Shown here piece by piece: positions 56,493 through 64,000 of a DNA stretch of 64,000 bases; positions within the stretch are counted from its first letter, which is position 1; every line of letters begins with the position of its first letter. Position numbers and translations under genes: made by a program. Location: positions 46,376,001 through 46,440,000 of the forward strand of contig OX597829.1 in NCBI GenBank assembly GCA_951406725.2, in the 5' to 3' direction. The notes beneath the pieces were generated by a model. The model searched no databases. It worked only from the letters and a program-made list of their open reading frames with translations, and was not told the origin of the DNA. The DNA is from Octopus vulgaris. Its lineage: Eukaryota.

Positions 56493-56867
56493 TACACACA
56501 CACACACACACACATATAGTTTATATAGAATAATTGTAGTTGTTAATTCTAGATAACTTCTGATCCATCAGATATATGATCATAGCGTATCAACTGTTAA
56601 CGTCCAGATTAATTTTGTTCATGAATTGAAAGCACTATCTTTAAATGCCGCCTTTTTAAAGATGTAAATTTTTGATATGAGGGACATTTTTCTCTCTATC
56701 TCTCCTAGGTCGAGCGACCACAAACGAGTCTCTGTGTTAGTTCGTGATACTCCATAATGTTATCATCATCATCAACGGCGCTAGATTGTCGACAAATAAT
56801 GGGTTCGAGTTCTGTCTAATGGTTTCCATTTTATTTATTTATTTATTTATTTATTTATGTAAATACG

Positions 56868-57096
56868 TATTTCTTTATTGCTCACAAGGGGCTAAACATA
56901 GAGGGGACAAACAAGGACAGACAAACGGATTAAGTCGATTACATCGACCTCAGTACATAACTGGTACTTATTTAATCGACCCCAAAAGGATGAAAGGCAA
57001 AGTCGACCTCGGCGGAATTTGAACTCAGAACGTAGCGGCAGACGAAATACCACAAAGCATTTCTCCCGGCGTGCTAACGTTTCTTCCAGCTCGCCG
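56868..57096 (-). mobile_element. SINE family B
   Basis: Family B core and tail. Confidence 0.85.
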
Positions 57097-58095
57097 ACGG
57101 TGGCTGTCAACTTGTGACTTGACCGAGGAAGATCATTGCTCATGCAAAATGCCAGCTTCACCCAGGCTTTTGACCTCGGCTTATATATGTGTGTGTGTGT
57201 GCGCGTGTGCGTGTGTGTGTGTGCATGTATGTGTGTGTGGGGGTGATGGCTGTCTACATGTTACCGAGGAAGACCATCACTGACCATTGCTCATGCTTCG
57301 GCAAAAGAAAGCACACTATATGTACGATATATAAAGTGAATAGTGGGATCAATTTTTTTTTCAACGTAACCCTAAGAGAGGGGTGCACCAGTCCGGCTGC
57401 AGTTCAATGATCGAAACAAGCAAGAAAATAAGTAAAAACGAACATTATCATTTCATTTCATTCATTTTACATTTTGAATATTTTTGTCATCTTTTCTTCT
57501 TTTTATTTTTTTTTCTGTGTAGTTTCTCACAACTTGAGAGAATATTTAACGCAATTTACGGTCAAGTGTGAAGCTTCTTACAGAAGTTTTCGCTTTAAAA
57601 CTGTATGAAGTGAACTGGATCTTTCGTTTTACGTCGTTCCCTGTTGCATACAAATATCCTATGCTCTCGTTTTTCACTATAAACTTATCTTGTGTTGCTG
57701 TTGCTTTTGTTCTTCTTATTGATGTTGTTCTTGTTAGTGATGTTGTGTAGTATTATTACTATTGCTCAATAATATTGCACTGTTTTTCCTAATACTATAT
57801 TCACAGGCATTTTCTTTTTTTTTTTTAAAGTTTCCAGCTATATCATCGCAGTAATTAAGCGGCACAATCGGTTTTTTCCCTTAAATCTTTATACTTCGTA
57901 CTTGTTAAGTAAATGCAAGATTCGGGCAATAAAATCACTATTTGCTTCTTAAAACTACTTCAAGGATGGAACGGTTCTAATTTGCAAACACTATTATTGA
58001 TGCTAAAGGATTTCTTCCCCGGTGCTTTTAACTTTTCATTATGCCATTGTTAATATTGTGGATGAGAAATCCCATATATAGATATATACATTCCC

Positions 58096-58166
<71 letters not shown>

Positions 58167-58224
58167 TATATATATATACATACATATACATATATATAAA
58201 CATATATATATACATATATATATG

Positions 58225-58271
<47 letters not shown>

Positions 58272-58315
58272 GTATATATATATACATACATATATATATA
58301 TGTATATATACTTAC

Positions 58316-58376
<61 letters not shown>

Positions 58377-59142
58377 CATATATATATATGTATATGTATA
58401 TGTATATGTATATATATATATATCTATATATAAGTATGGTTGTGCGTGTGTATGTATATGTAAGTATATATACATATATAATTATATAATGTGTGTGTGT
58501 GTGTGTTCCCAAGTAATGAACGAAATTTATAGCAACATCCGCATTTTGATTCCGCGCAATAATGCCCGAGATTGGACAACTACTGAGGATCAGGTTTTGA
58601 AAGAATATTAGAAAGTCATTGATCAGGAAGAAAAAATAAATAATACAATCATAAAATTGTTGGATGATGTATGAAAAGGAAATAGAAATCACCAGCTTTA
58701 CTAATGGATGAATATTTCCATTATAAGAACCGAATCACATCACGTCGGAAACAAATAGCAAATAGAACGATAACTGGCGCAGAAACGGCGGCAAAAACCT
58801 TATAGTCGTTTGCAAATGATGTTTTGGAAGAGTTGGCTTGTAGGTAAGAACATTGAAGCATTTCAGTAAATTCACTGTGCGTTTGCTCTAAAGTAATTGA
58901 GAATTAAGCATGTAAATGTATAGTGTTTTTGAAGGAAGAAATTAATAAAAGAAACATAAATACATTACAATATCCACTGGCAACACATTTCACTAATACA
59001 CAGACGTAATTATTCTTCAAATCCCCAAAGGGAAGCGCTTTACATTTCAGTAACTTTTGAACATTTACAATCAAGATAAGCGCAAAGAATTAAACTATGT
59101 CTTATAGTTGAAAGTCCGCTGTGTGTATGTATGTATGACTAC

Positions 59143-59216
<74 letters not shown>

Positions 59217-59222
<6 letters not shown>

Positions 59223-59590
59223 AAGTAAAATAATTTACTTTACCACACACCGTGCTTTTTAGAAATAGCAGCCAAAAATTTGGCTATTTCTTCAACTGCA
59301 CGAAAAAGTCTCCCAGACAATGCATACTCAGAAATAACTCACATAGGTATAAGGGAAAAACAACAAAAGATCACATCCATATGAGATACCCGAGGACAAG
59401 TCTGTTTCTGGATTAGTTGACTAAACGCCAACATTTCCTTCATCAGGTCAGTGATTTCTTCTGATTTAGATTTGAAATTACTAAAAATCAAACATACCCG
59501 TCCGATATATGTAACACCGGACAAACCATGCCAGACCACCAGTACTAGCGAATCCAAAAATACAAATGAGATCTAGTATTCTCCCTGTAT
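59217..59590 (-). mobile_element. Penelope-like terminal repeat related to 49550-50708, with a hammerhead-like core at 59392-59449
   Basis: Shares agtaaaataa..tacttt..ttagaaatagcagc with that element. Minus strand: gac CTGATGA agga..tcca GAAA cagacttg TC ctc. Confidence 0.55.
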
Positions 59591-59646
59591 ATACATATAC
59601 ATATATATGAAAGAAGGTTTGAAAATGCAATTTTAAAGATGTTTAT

Positions 59647-59690
59647 TCACTTGACCGGTTTCACTTTTTTAGAAAAAGATTGTCAAATGT
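59647..59690 (-). ncRNA. Minimal hammerhead-like motif, U3-A8 variant
   Basis: Minus strand: acat TTGACAA tctttttctaaaaaagt GAAA ccgg TC aagt. One mismatch in stem I. Confidence 0.5.
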
Positions 59691-59789
59691 AAAATGTAAA
59701 AGCTTTGCATAAGCTTTGTTGTGTTAAGTACTGGTTGTCACAAAATATTAAAATACATATATACATTATTTGATAATAATAAGAAAATG

Positions 59790-60319
59790 TTCACTTTGAA
59801 CGTCGGCATACACCCATTTTCAAATATCTCCTTAGACGCACCAAACGATACCATTTGAAATACAGAGTTTTATATTTTGGATGGAAGTGCCTTCCAGAAG
59901 ATCCAAAAGAGATTGAGGAGGATCTAGCTGGCAGTGTTGGTAACCTTACCATGACGCCTGAGCAGCACATGCCATTAGTTTCATTTGGAAATTTGAAAGC
60001 TTTGCAGAAATGACAATGTGAGTGTAGCACACAAATTTTGACAAAACTATCATTTTCATAAGAATGGGATGGATCATATCTGAAAGCAGCTCCAGGAGTT
60101 GTGAAGAACGAATTTGAACGTGTTCTGTTTCTGAGAGCTATTCTATTGTACCTCTACCTAATCATTAAAATGTTGCTTTTATGATTCAGGATTAAGTGCT
60201 GGAGCATGCGTTTGCTGATCTTGGGGAAGTCTCATCTCCTTTCTCTATTGAGAATCTCGCCTTCGGTTTTCTATAATCCTCCTTACTTTATGGAAAGATT
60301 ACGTGTTGTCTTTGGTAGG

Positions 60320-60373
<54 letters not shown>

Positions 60374-60994
60374 CTGTGTCTGTGTGAAGGCGCATGGCTC
60401 AGTGGTTAAAGTGTCGAGCTTACGATCGGGAGGTTTTGAGTTCGAATCGCGGACCGAGCTGCGTGTTGTATTCTTGAACAATATACTTTATTTCACGTTG
60501 CTCCAGTTCACTCAGCTGTGGATATGAGTTGCAACGTCACAGGTGCCAAGCTGTATCGGCCCCTTTGCCTTTCCCTTGGATAACACTGGTGGCGTGGAGA
60601 GGGGAGGCTGGTATTTATGGGCGACTGCTGGTCTTCCATAAACATCCTTGCCCAGACTTATGCCTGGAAGAGTAACTTTCTAGGTGAAATCCCATGGTCA
60701 GTCATGACCGAAGGGGGGTCTCAGCATATATATATATGTGTGTGTGTGTGGGTGTGTGTGTGTCTGTGTGTGTGTGTGTGTGTGCGTGCGTGCGTATGTG
60801 TGAAACAATATTATATCACATTACAACATAGATTTCACTTCTTTCACTTTTAACAGGGAATGCCGAACCAGTGCCAATGATATATTGTGTAAATGCAAAT
60901 GAAAAAAGATTACATGCTGACACTCACGGGGTCTGATACTGTTACCTTGTAAAATTTGATTTGATTTAGTCGAGCCGTTCGAGAATGCATAGAG

Positions 60995-61057
<63 letters not shown>

Positions 61058-61071
61058 TTTATATATAGAGA
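59790..61071 (-). pseudogene. Degraded 5' part of an autonomous Helitron (Rep/helicase N-terminus), interrupted by a SINE
   Basis: CHFCKAFKFPNETNGMCCSGVMVRLP, then after a frameshift NSVFQMVSFGASKEIFENGCMPTFKV; both resemble conserved Helitron motifs. 5' A|TCTCTATATATAAA at 61071. Confidence 0.75.
60386..60721 (+). mobile_element. SINE family D
   Basis: tRNA head GGCGCATGGCTCAGTGGTTAAAGTGTCG..GAGTTCGAATCGC. Confidence 0.85.
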
Positions 61072-61119
61072 TTTTAGATAAAAGTTTCTTTCTTTATTAT
61101 AGTACAGATATTTTTTTTT

Positions 61120-61512
61120 TTACTTGTTTCAGTCATTTGACTGCGGCCATGCTGGAGCACCGCCTTTAGTCGACCAAATCGACCCCGGGACTTATTCTTT
61201 GGAAGCCCAGTACTTATTCTATCGGTCTCTTTTGCCGAACCGCTAAGTAACGGGGACATAAACACACCAGCATCGGTTGTCAGGCAATGCTAGGGGCACA
61301 AACACAGACACACAAACACATACATATACATATATACATATATACGACATGCTTCTTTCAGTTTCCGTCAACCAAATCCACTCACACGGCATTGGTCGGC
61401 CCGGGGCTATAGCAGAAGACACTTTGCCCAAGATGCCACGCAGTGGGACTGAACCCGGAACCATGTGGTTGGTTGTTAGCAAGCTACTTACCACACAGCC
61501 ACTCCTGCGCCT
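61120..61512 (-). mobile_element. SINE family A, full length
   Basis: Reverse complement of 7946-8377. Confidence 0.9.
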
Positions 61513-62027
61513 GACTAATTCGAGAAACATTACTTTCATTATTCACACATCGTTACTCTCGTAATGCAGCATTTAAAAATTTCGGTTCAAATTGAAAGTG
61601 TGAAACTTTTTTTCCCCTTTCTAATGAAACCTGGTCGTTGTAGAGCAGTGTCCTTCAAATAACTATAGCTGGTTGTTGAGATAACGTAAAATATATCTAA
61701 ATGAAAACGCAGTTTAATTAGTGGCCGAAAGATTACTGAATATTTTGATACCCTATATGTCAAAATCGGCAACTCGGTTTTCGAATGCATAAGGAACATA
61801 CGCACGCGCACACGCAACACATAAACTCATTTATATGTACAGCTATATGCATGTATATATCTGTAGGTATGTATTTATATACACATATTTATACACAAAT
61901 ATGTTTACCACATACATACACACACACACACACACTCAAACATACACACATACACACACAACAACAATACACATACACTCAAACACGGATAAACACGCAT
62001 ATACATATGACTATATTTATATAGGGT

Positions 62028-62363
62028 AAAGACCCCCTTCGGTCATGAATGACCATGGGATTGCACCTAGAAAGTTATCCTCCTAGACACAAGTCCGGGC
62101 AAGGTTGTTTATGGAAGGCCAGCAGTCGCCCATGCATACCAGCCTCCCCTCTCCACGCCACCAGTGTTATCCAAGGGAAAGACAAAGGTCGATACAGCTT
62201 GGCACCAGTGACGTCGCAACTCATTTCTACAGTTGAGTGAACTGGAGCAACGTGAAATAAAGTGCCTTGCTCGAGAACACAACGCGCAGCCCGGTCCGGG
62301 ATTCGAGCTCACAACCTCACGATCGTAAGCTCGACGCTCTAACCACTGAGCCATGCGCCTTCA
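62028..62363 (-). mobile_element. SINE family D
   Basis: Reverse complement of 60386-60721. Confidence 0.85.
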
Positions 62364-62414
62364 CCTATATTTATATAATCTATCTATATATGTACGTATA
62401 TATATATATGGTCT

Positions 62415-62630
62415 TTTAGTATGTGACCTCGTCTGTATCACTAGCGATTTTTTTCCCCTGTCTTCCCTTCTCGGGATCTTTCCTTCTCCTATGTTTCCGA
62501 CGAAGAGCTCCGCTCGAAACGTCGACTCCTCCTTCTTCCCTTCTTTCCTGAGCGTCCAATAATACTTTATTTGTTCCATGTCCCCGCGTTGTTGTTTTTT
62601 TGTTTTTGTTTTCTTGTTTGGATTAACTTT
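62415..62630 (+). mobile_element. Short hammerhead-bearing element, family of 5318-5520
   Basis: 62493-62527 reads gttt CCGACGA agagctccgctc GAAA cg TC gac. Flanked by (TA)n. Confidence 0.65.
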
Positions 62631-62679
62631 ATATATATATATATGAATATATATATATATGTTCATATATGTATGTATG

Positions 62680-62713
<34 letters not shown>

Positions 62714-63190
62714 TGTATGTATGTATGTATGTATGTATGTATGTATGTATGTATGTATGTATGTATGTATGTATGTATGTATCTATGTATGTATGTATGT
62801 ATATAATAGACAACGGTATCGTATTGAAATTGTAAATCTGGTACGGTAACCAATTGAAATTTCGATTATTAGTAAAATTATTATTTTTTTTGCCCTTCAG
62901 CATTTTATTTAATTTAATTTGGTATTTAAAATTCAGCAAAATATAGAAATATATCATTTTATCATATATTTTTTTCTAAATAAATAAATTGATACATAAA
63001 ATAACCAAACATAAGACTCGGAAAAATTAATAAAATACTAAAAATAGAAAACTTTGATCAATACGAGTGTTTTGCTACTTCACTAATTCTAAATATATTT
63101 TGTTGAAGGATATTAAAATAATTATGCGTATGTTTATTTTTTATTGTTGTACGTATGAATAATGTATGCATGCAGGTATGAATCTATCTG

Positions 63191-63258
<68 letters not shown>

Positions 63259-63259
63259 C

Positions 63260-63355
<96 letters not shown>

Positions 63356-63715
63356 AAGAAATATAACATGTGACTTCATTGACCGAGGTTACCGTGGTCT
63401 TTTCCGTAGGCTTTTCTTTCCACGGGTAAACCTCACCTGTCCTCCCCTTTACACTTCATATTGACATTTCTGTGATAACGATCCCTATTGATCAATTTTT
63501 TTTCCTCTCCCCCTTTTTTTTTAACCCCCCCCTTTTTTTTAACCCCCCCCTTTTTTGTCCTCTTTCTCTCCTTTTACGATCCCTTTTGATCGACCCCCCC
63601 TTTTTTATTTTATTTTATTTATTTATTTTTTTTTTTTTTAAACCTTCAAAAGAAAAGCTCTACCTTGTAATTTGTTCTATCTGTGTGCAGCCCTGTGTGG
63701 CTAATAAAGAAACAT
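63356..63715 (+). mobile_element. 3' UTR of a Tx1/L1-like LINE between (TATC)n tracts
   Basis: Homologous to about 36935-37200 (ccgaggttaccgtggtctttt..aataaagaaaca). Confidence 0.8.
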
Positions 63716-63745
63716 ATCTATCTATCTATCTATCTATCTACCTAC

Positions 63746-63811
<66 letters not shown>

Positions 63812-63828
63812 GTCTGTCTGTCTGTCTG

Positions 63829-64000
63829 GGTAGAGATAGGAATAGACGGGGATGCAAATGCCTCAGAGACCTGCTCAGACGCTTTCAACTGTCTGACAGG
63901 TTCCGACTAGACCACCCGAATGCGCCAACGTGGACATGGAGCAACCGCATCGGGTCATCGAGATCGTATCTAGATAGGATACTGTGTAGGACAGTAGATA
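63829..64000 (+). mobile_element. Tx1/L1-like LINE apurinic endonuclease region, continuing beyond the window
   Basis: Open frame [53 protein letters not shown] matches the APE L.D.FR..HP..TW..S.LDR motif. Confidence 0.75.

Noticed and set aside
57523-57610. Plus-strand exon after a polypyrimidine-AG
   Set aside because: All frames close within 28 codons, and there is no recognisable motif or partner exon.
60386-60460. tRNA gene, also considered at the other SINE heads
   Set aside because: The tRNA-like A and B boxes continue into a shared SINE body, and no proper acceptor stem is evident.

Overview
AT-rich, repeat-saturated animal genomic DNA. The SINE families and microsatellite load look like an Octopus genome; that is my recognition, not a database result. 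There is no intact long protein-coding gene, and almost all listed ORFs are microsatellite or transposon artefacts. Contents: four tRNA-derived SINE families; about ten non-autonomous Helitrons plus a degraded Helitron Rep/helicase 5' piece; LINE fragments (R4/Dong-like RLE, RTE-like, CR1, Tx1/L1-like); mariner and maT-like transposon relics; a Penelope GIY-YIG fragment; and a few candidate minus-strand exons. Two things stand out. (1) Several short, non-coding, often fold-back elements sit in (TA)n tracts and carry minimal hammerhead-ribozyme cores, including U3-A8 compensatory and U4C variants. (2) A ~10-kb array of an 85-bp satellite (17180-27380) lies inside a fold-back element with inverted ends, and its monomer matches the end of a neighbouring hammerhead-bearing element. 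A ~3.3-kb tandem duplication inside that region may be an assembly artefact. All alignments and folds were done by eye, so boundaries are approximate.
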